A stretch of DNA of 63,149 bases from an uncultured Clostridia bacterium (GTDB lineage Bacteria; Bacillota; Clostridia; Christensenellales; UBA1242), in contig CALBKX010000005.1 of the NCBI GenBank assembly GCA_937895935.1, positions 1-63,149 of the forward strand, given 5' to 3'. A program made the translations under genes and the position numbers. Below, one piece after another: positions 26,755-35,346 of this stretch (positions within the stretch are counted from its first letter, which is position 1; every line of letters begins with the position of its first letter). The notes beneath the pieces are model-generated. The model ran no database searches. It had not been told where the DNA came from and was given only the letters and a program-made list of their open reading frames with translations.

Positions 26755-27021
26755 CTACTTAGCTTTTTCAACGATTCTAACAACACGATAGTATTTGTCT
26801 TTAGAAAGGTGACGGGTTTCCATAATTTCAACTACATCACCAAGTCCACATTCATTTTTCTCATCGTGAGCTTTGAATTTTGTTGTTCTTTTTACGACTT
26901 TTTTATAAAGTGGATGTTTAACATTGTCAACAATGCTAACAACTACTGTTTTATCCATTTTTCCAGCGCTTACAACAGTACCTTGTCTTGTAGGGCGGTT
27001 GTTTCTTTCTAAATTTTCCAT
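26755..27021 (-). CDS. rpsQ: 30S ribosomal protein S17
   Basis: [17 protein letters not shown] and [23 protein letters not shown]. Confidence 0.96.
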   Translation of the reverse strand: MENLERNNRPTRQGTVVSAGKMDKTVVVSIVDNVKHPLYKKVVKRTTKFKAHDEKNECGLGDVVEIMETRHLSKDKYYRVVRIVEKAK

Positions 27022-27026
27022 ATTAC

Positions 27027-27215
27027 TTACGCCTTCCTTTCTCTTAATATTGTGTTTATTTTTGCAATATCTTTTTTAATGTTGTGAAGTTGCATTGGAT
27101 TAGATAAACTTCCTGTTGCTTGTGCGAAGCGAAGATTGAATAATTCTGACTTAAGTGATTTTAATTTTGTATTAAGTTCTTCTTCGCTCATTGCTCTAAT
27201 TTCAGCTACTTTCAT
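27027..27215 (-). CDS. rpmC: 50S ribosomal protein L29
   Basis: [25 protein letters not shown]. Confidence 0.95.
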   Translation of the reverse strand: MKVAEIRAMSEEELNTKLKSLKSELFNLRFAQATGSLSNPMQLHNIKKDIAKINTILRERKA

Positions 27216-27643
27216 TATTCAACTCCTCCTTCTAAATCAGCTTTTTTTACAAATTTTACTTTGCAAGGAAGTTTGTGTCCAGCAAGTCTTAATGCTTCTC
27301 TTGCGGTTTCTTCTGAAACGTCAGCGATTTCAAATAAAACTCTACCAGGTTTAACTTTTGCAACCCAAAATTCAGGACTACCTTTACCAGAACCCATACG
27401 AGTTTCTGCAGGTTTTTTAGTTACTGGGGTGTCTGGGAAAATATCAATCCAAACTTTACCACCACGTTTAATAAATCTTGTTAAAGCAACACGGGCTGCT
27501 TCAATTTGGTTAGATTTAATTTGACAAGGATCTAAAGTAACCAAACCATACTCGCCATAAGCAAGTTTATTACCACGAGTGCATTTACCAGTCATACGAC
27601 CACGTTGAACACGTCTTCTTTTTACTCTCTTAGGCATTAACAT
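27215..27643 (-). CDS. rplP: 50S ribosomal protein L16
   Basis: [19 protein letters not shown] and [24 protein letters not shown]. Start at ATG 27641-27643 with a GGAGG RBS, overlapping the rpsC 3' end by 14 nt. Confidence 0.95.
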   Translation of the reverse strand: MLMPKRVKRRRVQRGRMTGKCTRGNKLAYGEYGLVTLDPCQIKSNQIEAARVALTRFIKRGGKVWIDIFPDTPVTKKPAETRMGSGKGSPEFWVAKVKPGRVLFEIADVSEETAREALRLAGHKLPCKVKFVKKADLEGGVE

Positions 27644-28310
27644 TTGGCTTTTCCTCCTTTGCTTCATCTTTTGTGCCTAAAATATCGCCTTTATAAATCC
27701 AGCATTTAACACCAAGTTTACCATAATCTGTGTAAGCTGCTGCAACACCGTAGTCGATATCTGCACGTATTGTTTGAAGAGGAAGAGAACCTTCCATATA
27801 ACGTTCTGTTCTTGCAATAGTGCTTGCACCATCAACAACACCGCTAACCTGTACTTTACATCCTTTAGCTCCAGCTTTCATAACTTTTTGGATAGCTTGT
27901 TTTAAAGCACGGCGGAAAGCGATACGTTTTTCAAGTTGTCCTGCAACGCTTTCAGCTACTAACTGAGCATCTAGGTCAACTTTTTTAACTTCTTTAATAT
28001 TAATAAACAAATTTTTTGTTGGTTTAATAATTTTAGAAAGTTGTTTTTTAATAACTTCAATATTTGCACCTTTTTGTCCGATTAAAACTGCTGGACGACC
28101 AGTGTAAATATTGATAACCAATTTTTCTTTAGTTCTTTCAATAACAATTTTTGATATTGATGCTTGAGCATATTCTTTGTTTAAGAATTTTCTAATTTTA
28201 TTGTCTTCAAGAAGAAATTTAGCAAAGTCTTCTTTACTAGCATACCAAGTAGAATCCCAAGGTTTGTTAATACCAATTCTAAGCCCGATTGGGCTAACTT
28301 TTTGTCCCAT
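27630..28310 (-). CDS. rpsC: 30S ribosomal protein S3
   Basis: [24 protein letters not shown] and a KH domain. Confidence 0.97.
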   Translation of the reverse strand: MGQKVSPIGLRIGINKPWDSTWYASKEDFAKFLLEDNKIRKFLNKEYAQASISKIVIERTKEKLVINIYTGRPAVLIGQKGANIEVIKKQLSKIIKPTKNLFINIKEVKKVDLDAQLVAESVAGQLEKRIAFRRALKQAIQKVMKAGAKGCKVQVSGVVDGASTIARTERYMEGSLPLQTIRADIDYGVAAAYTDYGKLGVKCWIYKGDILGTKDEAKEEKPNVNA

Positions 28311-28322
28311 ACTTTGCCTCCT

Positions 28323-28712
28323 TTATTCCTTTACACCATCAAGATAAACTGTGATGTGACAAGTTCTTTTTAATAATCTGTTTGCTCTGCCTCTTGCACG
28401 GATATCCAAACGTTTGAGTGTTGGTCCTGGGCAAACATAACATTCATCAACAACAAGGTCAGATTTTGCTAAGCCTTTATTGTTTTCAGCATTTGCAAGT
28501 GCTGATTTTACAAGTTTTAAGCAAACTTCTGCAGCTGCAGTTGTTTGGTTTGCTAAAATAGCCATAGCTTCTTCAACTTTTTTACCTCTGATTGTATCAA
28601 GAGTAATTCTAACTTTTGAAGGGCTCATTCTAACATATTTAACAGTAGCGAATGCTCTTGTGTCTGCATTTTTTGCTCTTGTTAAAGCTTTTTCTTTAAT
28701 TCTAGTTGCCAT
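28323..28712 (-). CDS. rplV: 50S ribosomal protein L22
   Basis: ATVKYVRMSPSKVRITLDTIRGKKVEEA. Confidence 0.96.
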   Translation of the reverse strand: MATRIKEKALTRAKNADTRAFATVKYVRMSPSKVRITLDTIRGKKVEEAMAILANQTTAAAEVCLKLVKSALANAENNKGLAKSDLVVDECYVCPGPTLKRLDIRARGRANRLLKRTCHITVYLDGVKE

Positions 28713-28720
28713 AAATACCT

Positions 28721-29011
28721 CTAATTACCAGCCTTTGCTGTAGTTGCCGACTTTTGACCTGCGTGACCTTTAAAGGTTCTTGTTGGAGCAAATTCACCAA
28801 GTTTATGACCAACCATTTCAGCTGTGCAGTAAACTGGGATATGTTTTTTGCCATTGTGAACAGCAAAAGTAAATCCAACAAATTCAGGATATATTGTAGA
28901 AGAACGTGACCAAGTTTTGATAGGTTTTTTATTGCCAGATTGGTTCATTTCTTCAACTCTTTTCAATAATTTTGAAAAAACATAAGGTTTTTTCTTTAAA
29001 CTTCTACTCAT
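28721..29011 (-). CDS. rpsS: 30S ribosomal protein S19
   Basis: [11 protein letters not shown] and [16 protein letters not shown]. Confidence 0.97.
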   Translation of the reverse strand: MSRSLKKKPYVFSKLLKRVEEMNQSGNKKPIKTWSRSSTIYPEFVGFTFAVHNGKKHIPVYCTAEMVGHKLGEFAPTRTFKGHAGQKSATTAKAGN

Positions 29012-29027
29012 ACTTTAACCGTCCTCC

Positions 29028-29855
29028 TTATTTACTTCTTCTCTTAACAATTAACTTGTTAGATGCTTTTTTAGATTTTCTTGTCTTGTAACCAAGAGCA
29101 GGTTTACCCCAAGGTGTAACTGGAGAAGCCATACCAACAGGTGACTTACCTTCACCACCACCGTGTGGGTGATCATTAGGGTTCATAACAACACCACGAA
29201 CTGATGGTCTTACGCCCATATGACGTTTTCTACCAGCTTTTCCTAAAGATACAAGTTCGTGATCTGTGTTACCAACTGTACCAATAGTTGCTTTGCAATT
29301 TAAAAGAACTTTTCTCATCTCGCCTGATGGAAGTCTTAAAGTTGCATAATCGCCTTCTTTAGCCATTAAACTGATTTCCATACCAGCTGAACGTCCCATT
29401 TTTCCGCCTCTTCCAGCATCAAATTCAACATTGTGAACAACTGTACCAACAGGTATGCAAGAAAGTGGAAGTGCATTACCAACTTTAATTTCAGCATTTT
29501 CGCCACTCATAACGGTGTCGCCAACGTTAAGACCAACTGGAGCTAAAATGTAACGTTTTTCACCATCAGCATAGTTAAGTAATGCGATAAATGCTGAACG
29601 GTTTGGATCATATTCAATGCTTGCAACTTTTGCAGGTACATTGTCTTTATTTCTTTTGAAATCTATGATTCTGTATTTTTTTCTATTGCCACCGCCAATG
29701 TGACGAGTGGTGATTTTGCCTTGAGCATTTCTGCCAGCAGTTTTCTTTAAAGAAACTGTCAATGATTTTTCAGGAGTTTTTTTAGTTACTTCTTCAAAAG
29801 TCAATGTTGAATAGCTTCTTGAACCAGCAGATGTAGGTTTTCTATTTCTAATCAT
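29028..29855 (-). CDS. rplB: 50S ribosomal protein L2
   Basis: [15 protein letters not shown] and [16 protein letters not shown]. Confidence 0.98.
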   Translation of the reverse strand: MIRNRKPTSAGSRSYSTLTFEEVTKKTPEKSLTVSLKKTAGRNAQGKITTRHIGGGNRKKYRIIDFKRNKDNVPAKVASIEYDPNRSAFIALLNYADGEKRYILAPVGLNVGDTVMSGENAEIKVGNALPLSCIPVGTVVHNVEFDAGRGGKMGRSAGMEISLMAKEGDYATLRLPSGEMRKVLLNCKATIGTVGNTDHELVSLGKAGRKRHMGVRPSVRGVVMNPNDHPHGGGEGKSPVGMASPVTPWGKPALGYKTRKSKKASNKLIVKRRSK

Positions 29856-29870
29856 AACTAATTACTCCTT

Positions 29871-30173
29871 TTATTGTAAACTGTCGAAGAATGCGATTGT
29901 TTTGCTATCTTTAGTAAGAGTAACAATTGCTTTTTTGTAATCGCTAGTTTTACCAACTGTTCTTCCACGTTTAGTGTTTTGTGTTTTTGTTTTACCTTTA
30001 ACATTTAAGGTATTTACTTTTTCTACTTTAACATCAAAGATTTCTTCAATAGCTTTTCTGATTTCAACTTTGTTTGCGTCTTTAGCAACTTTAAAAGTGT
30101 AAACTTTGTTTTTTAAGCCTTGATAACTTTTTTCTGTTAAGATAGGTTTAATTATAATATCGTGTGCTTTCAT
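29871..30173 (-). CDS. rplW: 50S ribosomal protein L23
   Basis: [10 protein letters not shown] and KKAIVTL. Position between rplD and rplB. Confidence 0.95.
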   Translation of the reverse strand: MKAHDIIIKPILTEKSYQGLKNKVYTFKVAKDANKVEIRKAIEEIFDVKVEKVNTLNVKGKTKTQNTKRGRTVGKTSDYKKAIVTLTKDSKTIAFFDSLQ

Positions 30174-30796
30174 TATTCTGCGTAAGCCTCCTCGATTGAT
30201 TTAACAGCATCAAGTGTTAAAACTATTTGTTTGTTTTTAACAACTTCGCTAACATTTAAAAGGTTTGCAGTAGTAACATCAACTCTTTGGATGTTGTTTG
30301 ATGCACGTAAAACGTCATCATTTTTCTCATTTAATACAACACAAACTGTTTTATCAAATTTGAAAGTATCTAAGAATTTTTGTACTTCTTTTGTTTTAAC
30401 TTGATCTAAAGCAAATTTATCTAAGATAACAACTTCGTTTTGTGCAAGTTTTTGAGAAAGTGCAGAAACAAGAGCTGTACGTTTAGCAAATTTGTTAACC
30501 TTTTTAGAAAAATCTCTTGGTTTTGGAGCAAATACAACACCACCACCAACGAATTGTGGACCTTTAGTTGAGCCTTGACGAGCGTGACCAGTGTGTTTTT
30601 GTTTCCAAGGTTTTTTAGCGTGACCTCTAACTTCACTGCGAGTTAAAGTACTTTTTGTTCCTTGACGAAGATTAGCATCCTGAGCAACAACAACTTCGTG
30701 AATTAATGCTTCATTATATTCAGCACCAAAAACCGAATCGTTAAGTTCAATTTCAGCAACTTCGGCATTTTGCATATTATAAACTTTAGCTTTCAT
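30173..30796 (-). CDS. rplD: 50S ribosomal protein L4
   Basis: [33 protein letters not shown]. Confidence 0.97.
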   Translation of the reverse strand: MKAKVYNMQNAEVAEIELNDSVFGAEYNEALIHEVVVAQDANLRQGTKSTLTRSEVRGHAKKPWKQKHTGHARQGSTKGPQFVGGGVVFAPKPRDFSKKVNKFAKRTALVSALSQKLAQNEVVILDKFALDQVKTKEVQKFLDTFKFDKTVCVVLNEKNDDVLRASNNIQRVDVTTANLLNVSEVVKNKQIVLTLDAVKSIEEAYAE

Positions 30797-30816
30797 ATAT
30801 ATCGTTACCTCTTTTG

Positions 30817-31449
30817 TTATGCTTTAACGCTTTCTTTAATTGTAACGATTGTGCCTCTAGGACCTGGCAAGCAACCTTTAATTAAAAGAATGTTACGGGC
30901 AGTATCGACTTTAACAATTTCCAAGTTTTGGATTGTTACTTGCTCGTGACCATATTGGCCTGGCATATGTTTGTTTTTGAAAACTCTTGATGGAGTTGAG
31001 TTTGCACTCATTGAACCAACTTCTCTATGAACTAATGAAACACCGTGTGTCATTTTTAATCTATGTTGATTCCATCTTTGGATAACACCTGTGAAACCAC
31101 GACCTCTTGTAAGACCTGTTACGTCAACTTTGTCATTTTCATCAAAGATGTCGCAAGTGATGTCTTTTCCGATTTCATAGTCACGAGCATTATCTAATTT
31201 AAGTTCTCTTAAAATTCTGTGTGCTGGAACGTTTGCTTTTTTGTAAACGCCAAGTTGAGCTTTGTTAACTCTGTTTTCTTTTTGCTCATCGAATGCAACA
31301 ACCACACAATTGTAGCCTTCTTTGTCTTCAGTCTTTTTTTGAACGACTGTGCAAGGACCAGCCTCAACGACTGTAACTGGAACAACCAAACCATCGGTAG
31401 TGAAGATTTGAGTCATACCAAGTTTTTTACCTATTATAGCTTTTTTCAT
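30817..31449 (-). CDS. rplC: 50S ribosomal protein L3
   Basis: GKKLGMTQIF and GRGFTGVIQRWN. Confidence 0.97.
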   Translation of the reverse strand: MKKAIIGKKLGMTQIFTTDGLVVPVTVVEAGPCTVVQKKTEDKEGYNCVVVAFDEQKENRVNKAQLGVYKKANVPAHRILRELKLDNARDYEIGKDITCDIFDENDKVDVTGLTRGRGFTGVIQRWNQHRLKMTHGVSLVHREVGSMSANSTPSRVFKNKHMPGQYGHEQVTIQNLEIVKVDTARNILLIKGCLPGPRGTIVTIKESVKA

Positions 31450-31474
31450 TTACTTCTCCTTCCTTTTAGTTTGA

Positions 31475-31786
31475 TTATATTTTGATGTTGATATCAACAC
31501 CTGCAGGTAAATCTATTTTCATAAATGAATCTATAGTTTTAGAATTGGTTGGATAAATATCAATCATTCTTTGGTGAGTTCTAGATTCAAATTGTTCACG
31601 ACTATCTTTGTGCTTGTGTGGTGAACGGATAACTGTTACAACTTCTCTTTTTGTTGGAAGTGCAATAGGACCTACCACTTTGGCACCGTTCTTTTCGGCA
31701 GTGCCAATAATTTTTTCAACCGCACTGTCAAGCAAAACGTGGTCATAAGATTTAACTTTGATTCTGATTTTTTGCTTTGTTGCCAT
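31475..31786 (-). CDS. rpsJ: 30S ribosomal protein S10
   Basis: [21 protein letters not shown] and [25 protein letters not shown]. Has an AGGAGG RBS. Confidence 0.97.
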   Translation of the reverse strand: MATKQKIRIKVKSYDHVLLDSAVEKIIGTAEKNGAKVVGPIALPTKREVVTVIRSPHKHKDSREQFESRTHQRMIDIYPTNSKTIDSFMKIDLPAGVDINIKI

Positions 31787-32147
31787 ATATTTTTATATCC
31801 TCCTGTAATACTCTCCCAATAACTTTTTTCTTTTTTTGCATAAATTGGAACACTATGCCGTGTGTTCACATTGCTACGAGCAATAAAAAAAGAGGAAATG
31901 TTATTGATTAATTTAGTGAATTAATAATGATAAATTTTAAACATTGTTTCAATATCAATTATAAATTATCAATTAAAACAGACTCTTTTTAAAGTGACTA
32001 ATTATTTGTCCTAAATATTAAAGTCACAAAAAGCGTTATTAGTCGCCTTGATCAAAAGCCAAGACTTGTCCGCACAAATTCTCTTTTACCGATTGCACTG
32101 GCAAAAGTAACCTTGTGTTTCAACCCGATTTTTTCCGTAGTCGATAC

Positions 32148-32177
32148 ATACTATCACACCCAAGCCCAATATGTCAA
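32148..32177 (-). promoter_or_regulatory. Near-consensus sigma-70/SigA promoter about 355 nt upstream of rpsJ
   Basis: Minus strand reads TTGACA (32172-32177) -N18- TGaTAGTAT, an extended -10 with the -10 hexamer at 32148-32153. It lies between the recR terminator and rpsJ. Confidence 0.55.
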
Positions 32178-32261
32178 CAGTTTTTTAGAAAATAACATCG
32201 AATCTTTCAAATTGTTTAAATGTATTATTAAGATTAATAACAATGCCTAAATTAAAATGTC

Positions 32262-32302
32262 TAAAAAAAGCAAAAAATGAAAATTACATTTCATTCCTTG
32301 CT
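32262..32302 (-). terminator. Putative terminator after recR
   Basis: Imperfect stem GCAAGGAATGAAAT / ATTTTCATTTTTTGC (minus sense) followed by T7 (plus-strand A run 32263-32269). It starts 8 nt after the recR stop. Confidence 0.5.
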
Positions 32303-32309
32303 TTAATAA

Positions 32310-32900
32310 TTATAAACTATTTCTAAGTTCAATTGCTCTATTTAGTGTAACCTCATCAGCATACTCAAGGTCAGTCCCCATAGACACACCTTGAGCAATT
32401 CGTGTAACTTTCACACCAAAAGGTTTTAAAAGTTCTGCTATATAGTAAGCGGTGGTATCCCCCGGAACATCAGGATTGGTTGCCATAATTACTTCCTTTG
32501 TATGATGTTTTTGGACACGTGCAACAAGTTCCTTTATTCTTATATCATTTGGAGATTTATGCTCTAAAGGATTTATGCAACCGTGCAAAACGTGAAAAGC
32601 ACCATTAAAGTTTTTAAGTTTTTCCATAATAGCAACATCTTTTGGTTCTGCCACAACACATATTATTTCTGCATTATTTTTCAAACAATGGTCACAAATT
32701 TCTTTTTCAGAAAAATTACCACACTCTTTACAAAAATGGATGTTTTGTTTTGCGTCTATCAAACTTTGAGCAAAATTATTTACATCTTCCATTTTCATAT
32801 TTAACACGCCGTAAGCATATCTTTGTGCAGTTTTATATCCAACACCCGGCAATGCTCTAAATGCCGAGATTAGTTTGGATAGTTTATCTAAGTCACTCAT
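32310..32900 (-). CDS. recR: Recombination protein RecR
   Basis: HhH motif ALPGVGYKTAQRYAY. Zn finger CKECGNFSEKEICDHC. Toprim motifs ICVVAEPKDVAIMEK and ATNPDVPGDTTAYYI. Start at ATG 32898-32900 (AAGGA RBS); the track ORF is 8 codons longer. Confidence 0.93.
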   Translation of the reverse strand: MSDLDKLSKLISAFRALPGVGYKTAQRYAYGVLNMKMEDVNNFAQSLIDAKQNIHFCKECGNFSEKEICDHCLKNNAEIICVVAEPKDVAIMEKLKNFNGAFHVLHGCINPLEHKSPNDIRIKELVARVQKHHTKEVIMATNPDVPGDTTAYYIAELLKPFGVKVTRIAQGVSMGTDLEYADEVTLNRAIELRNSL

Positions 32901-33134
32901 ATTATAATCCTTTTTATCAATCATTATCTCTTAAAATATTTTAATTATTTAACTATGTGACGTTGCCTTGCTCTATTTTACTTGCAAATCAATTTGCAAA
33001 CGCAAACTCGCAAAAAAATCAATGTATTATAGATTTATCGTGGAGAGTGCGTTAAGCAACTTAAAATTTTGATTTATTCAAATTTATTTGTCCCCTTAAA
33101 TGAACCTTTGAATAGTATTACAAGGAGCGACAAA

Positions 33135-33162
33135 CCAAAAAGCAAGCAATATATATGCTTGC
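33135..33162 (-). terminator. Intrinsic terminator after ybaB
   Basis: 7-bp stem GCAAGCA/TGCTTGC (33142-48 and 33156-62) with a 7-nt AT loop, followed on the minus strand by TTTTTGG. Confidence 0.55.
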
Positions 33163-33279
33163 ATTTAGAGTTTGTTCTGGCATATACCTAAATCACAAGA
33201 AAGTGCAAAATTTTAATTTTGCAAATTCTGTAGTATTAATTTTAAATTTGTTTCAAAAATTACTTCCAATATTTTTTAA

Positions 33280-33612
33280 CTACATTCCCGGTATTTGTGG
33301 CACGCTTGCTTTTTCTTCTTTTTCAATTTGAGAAAGAGCATCATTAACTCCTGCAATCAATAAGTCCTGCAACGTTTCAATATCGTCCACATCAACAACT
33401 GCTGGTTTTATAGAAATGTTAGTCACTTTTCTGTCACCAGTCATAGTTACTTGAACCATTCCTCCCCCAACTGATGCAGTAAATTCTTTTGCCTCTAATT
33501 CTTCTTTCGCTTTTTGCATATCTTCTTGCATTTTTTGGGCTTGACGCATTAAGTTTTGTAAATTCGCACCACCGAATCCTCCGCCAAAACCACCTCTAAA
33601 ATTATTATTCAT
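33280..33612 (-). CDS. ybaB: Nucleoid-associated protein YbaB/EbfC
   Basis: NLMRQAQKMQEDMQKAKEEL...ASVGGGMVQVTMTGDRKV...DDIETLQDLLIAGVNDAL. Gly-rich N-terminus. Confidence 0.92.
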   Translation of the reverse strand: MNNNFRGGFGGGFGGANLQNLMRQAQKMQEDMQKAKEELEAKEFTASVGGGMVQVTMTGDRKVTNISIKPAVVDVDDIETLQDLLIAGVNDALSQIEKEEKASVPQIPGM

Positions 33613-33733
33613 ATTAAATCTCCTTTATTTGACGATATTTTGATTACATTTAATTAAAACAATTATTTTTTATTTATTAATAAATTATTAAAAATTAATT
33701 AAAAAATATTTTAGTTAATATTTTACTAGTCAA

Positions 33734-34135
33734 TTATTCAATAATTAATTTATCCCCAAAAATATTTTTTAAATTTAAAATATCTTCTTGGCTTTTTGTT
33801 AATTTTTTTTCTTTTTTAATAATTTCAAACTTATTTATTCCAAAATTATTTAAAGCATTTTTTAAATCTTTATAATTTTCCTCTGATTTAAGTAAATCAT
33901 ATAAAAAATCTTCAGTTGTATTTATATAAAATATATCATTTTCTTTTGTTACATCGGTTATATCACCACAAGCAATATGGAGTGCCACAGCGTGATGTTC
34001 TCTTAAATAAATTATAACCTTTCCCCAAATAGTTCTAGGTGAAGCATTTAGGTTATTTTGATTTGTTTCAATATGTTTTTGTGTTTGATTAGTTATAATT
34101 TGTTTATATTCTAATTTAGTTCGTTTTTTTTTTGC
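33734..34135 (-). CDS. dnaX: dnaX -1-frame continuation (tau-type C-terminal region), reachable only by slippage at the A10 run
   Basis: I translated the -1 frame from 34135 and found no stop until 33734. It reads A-KKK-RTKLEYKQIITNQTQKHIETNQNNLNASPRTIWGKVIIYLREHHAVALHIACGDITDV...FGDKLIIE. The 84-aa track ORF (33734..33988) is its 3' part and begins at an internal GTG. Confidence 0.7.
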   Translation of the reverse strand, partial: AKKKRTKLEYKQIITNQTQKHIETNQNNLNASPRTIWGKVIIYLREHHAVALHIACGDITDVTKENDIFYINTTEDFLYDLLKSEENYKDLKNALNNFGINKFEIIKKEKKLTKSQEDILNLKNIFGDKLIIE

Positions 34136-35229
34136 CCCTCACCGACTTCACTAACTGCTGTAATTAATGCAGTTTCAAGTAAAGTTTTAGGTGATAGAGC
34201 ATACTTCATTTCCGCTTCTATGCTAGAAAAGATTTTCATATATTCCATCAAATTATCATTACTGATAGTTTCTGATTGTTTTTTTAATAAAGCCAGCCCC
34301 TCATTTGAAAGAGGAATCATATTTTCGCCATTTTCACAATTTTTGATACATAGCAAGTTGCGGGCGTGAAGTGTTAAGTCTTTTGCAAAAACGGTTAAAT
34401 TTTTGCCAGCATTGAAATTATCTTGTAAAACCTCCAATGCTTTCCCAATATCCTTTTTTTCAATTGCATCGTAAATTTTAACATATTCCTTAGTATCGCT
34501 TGTGCCCAAAACTTTTTGTGCACCCTCAAGAGTTATATTGCCTTGACAAAAAGCATTTACACAATCTGCCACAGAAATTGTATCCCTACAACTTCCTTCA
34601 CCAGCAAGGGCAATTAATTTTAACGCCTCTTCACTACATTTTATGCCTTCTTTATCAAATATATTTCTAATAAGTTTCATTAAAATTTCAACTGGAATCA
34701 ATCTAAAGTCAAACCTCATACATCTAGATAAAATTGTTTGCGGTAGTTTGTGAACTTCAGTTGTGGCTAAAATAAAAATTATATGTTCAGGAGGCTCTTC
34801 CAGTGTTTTTAAAAGAGCATTAAACGCTTGGTCAGTAAGCATATGCACTTCATCAATAATGTAAACTTTATATTTTCCATTAACAGGTAAAAATTTAACT
34901 TTTTCTCTTAAATCTCTAATTTCATCAACACGATTATTTGATGCCGCATCAATTTCCAAAATATCTACATTTGTTGGTTGGTCAAGAGCCTTGCAAACTT
35001 CGCAAGAAAAACAAGGTTCACCATTTATGTTGTGTGCACAATTAACCGCTTTTGCAAAAATTTTAGCGGTGCTGGTTTTGCCTGTTCCACGGCTTCCAGT
35101 AAATAAATAAGCGTGATTTATATTTCCACTTGCAACTTGATGTTTTAAAGTTTCTGTAATATGCTCTTGCCCTACAACTTCCGAAAAAGTTTTTGGCCTA
35201 TATTTTCGATAAAGTGCTTTGTATGCCAT
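34111..35229 (-). CDS. dnaX: DNA polymerase III subunit gamma/tau, 0-frame product (domains I-III, 372 aa)
   Basis: YRPKTFSEVVGQEHI, Walker A GSRGTGKTS, Zn module CAHNINGEPCFSCEVC, YIIDEVHMLT, SRCMRFDF. It ends GEGQKKNELN*, 4 codons after the A10 run. Confidence 0.93.
   Translation of the reverse strand: MAYKALYRKYRPKTFSEVVGQEHITETLKHQVASGNINHAYLFTGSRGTGKTSTAKIFAKAVNCAHNINGEPCFSCEVCKALDQPTNVDILEIDAASNNRVDEIRDLREKVKFLPVNGKYKVYIIDEVHMLTDQAFNALLKTLEEPPEHIIFILATTEVHKLPQTILSRCMRFDFRLIPVEILMKLIRNIFDKEGIKCSEEALKLIALAGEGSCRDTISVADCVNAFCQGNITLEGAQKVLGTSDTKEYVKIYDAIEKKDIGKALEVLQDNFNAGKNLTVFAKDLTLHARNLLCIKNCENGENMIPLSNEGLALLKKQSETISNDNLMEYMKIFSSIEAEMKYALSPKTLLETALITAVSEVGEGQKKNELN
34124..34133 (-). other. 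A10 homopolymer (slippery run) at the dnaX domain III/IV boundary
   Basis: The plus strand shows T10 at 34124-34133. The minus strand reads GGT GAG GGG CAA AAA AAA AAC GAA CTA AAT TAG. A G-rich, SD-like GGTGAGGGG lies immediately upstream. Confidence 0.9.
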
Positions 35230-35244
35230 TTTGATTCCTTTTAA

Positions 35245-35280
35245 AAAATTTGCCTATCAAACATAAGACAAGCAAATTTT
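35245..35280 (-). terminator. Putative terminator of the peptidase gene, overlapping the dnaX promoter
   Basis: 9-bp A/T-rich stem AAAATTTGC/GCAAATTTT with an 18-nt loop and a partly embedded U tract. Confidence 0.35.
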
Positions 35281-35304
35281 AACATATTAAATTTAAAAAG
35301 GCAA
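35276..35304 (-). promoter_or_regulatory. Candidate dnaX promoter
   Basis: Minus strand reads TTGCCT (35299-35304) -N17- TAAAAT (35276-35281), about 47 nt upstream of the dnaX ATG. Confidence 0.4.
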
Positions 35305-35346
35305 GAAAACTTTAAGCACACTTTTTAAAGTTTTTAATTACAAAAA

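Noticed and set aside
17334-31869. Short ORFs overlapping ribosomal protein genes (for example 18088..18276, 21874..22104, 25565..25882, 27261..27524, 30421..30636, 31209..31394, 31672..31869).
   Set aside because: Every one overlaps a highly recognisable ribosomal, SecY or RpoA CDS in another frame or on the other strand, and none has independent support.
33734-33988. The 84-aa track ORF as an independent small gene between dnaX and ybaB.
   Set aside because: Its 'M' is an internal GTG with no RBS. The same frame stays open upstream all the way into the dnaX A10 run, and the sequence looks like the DnaX C-terminal region. I treat it as the -1-frame continuation of dnaX.
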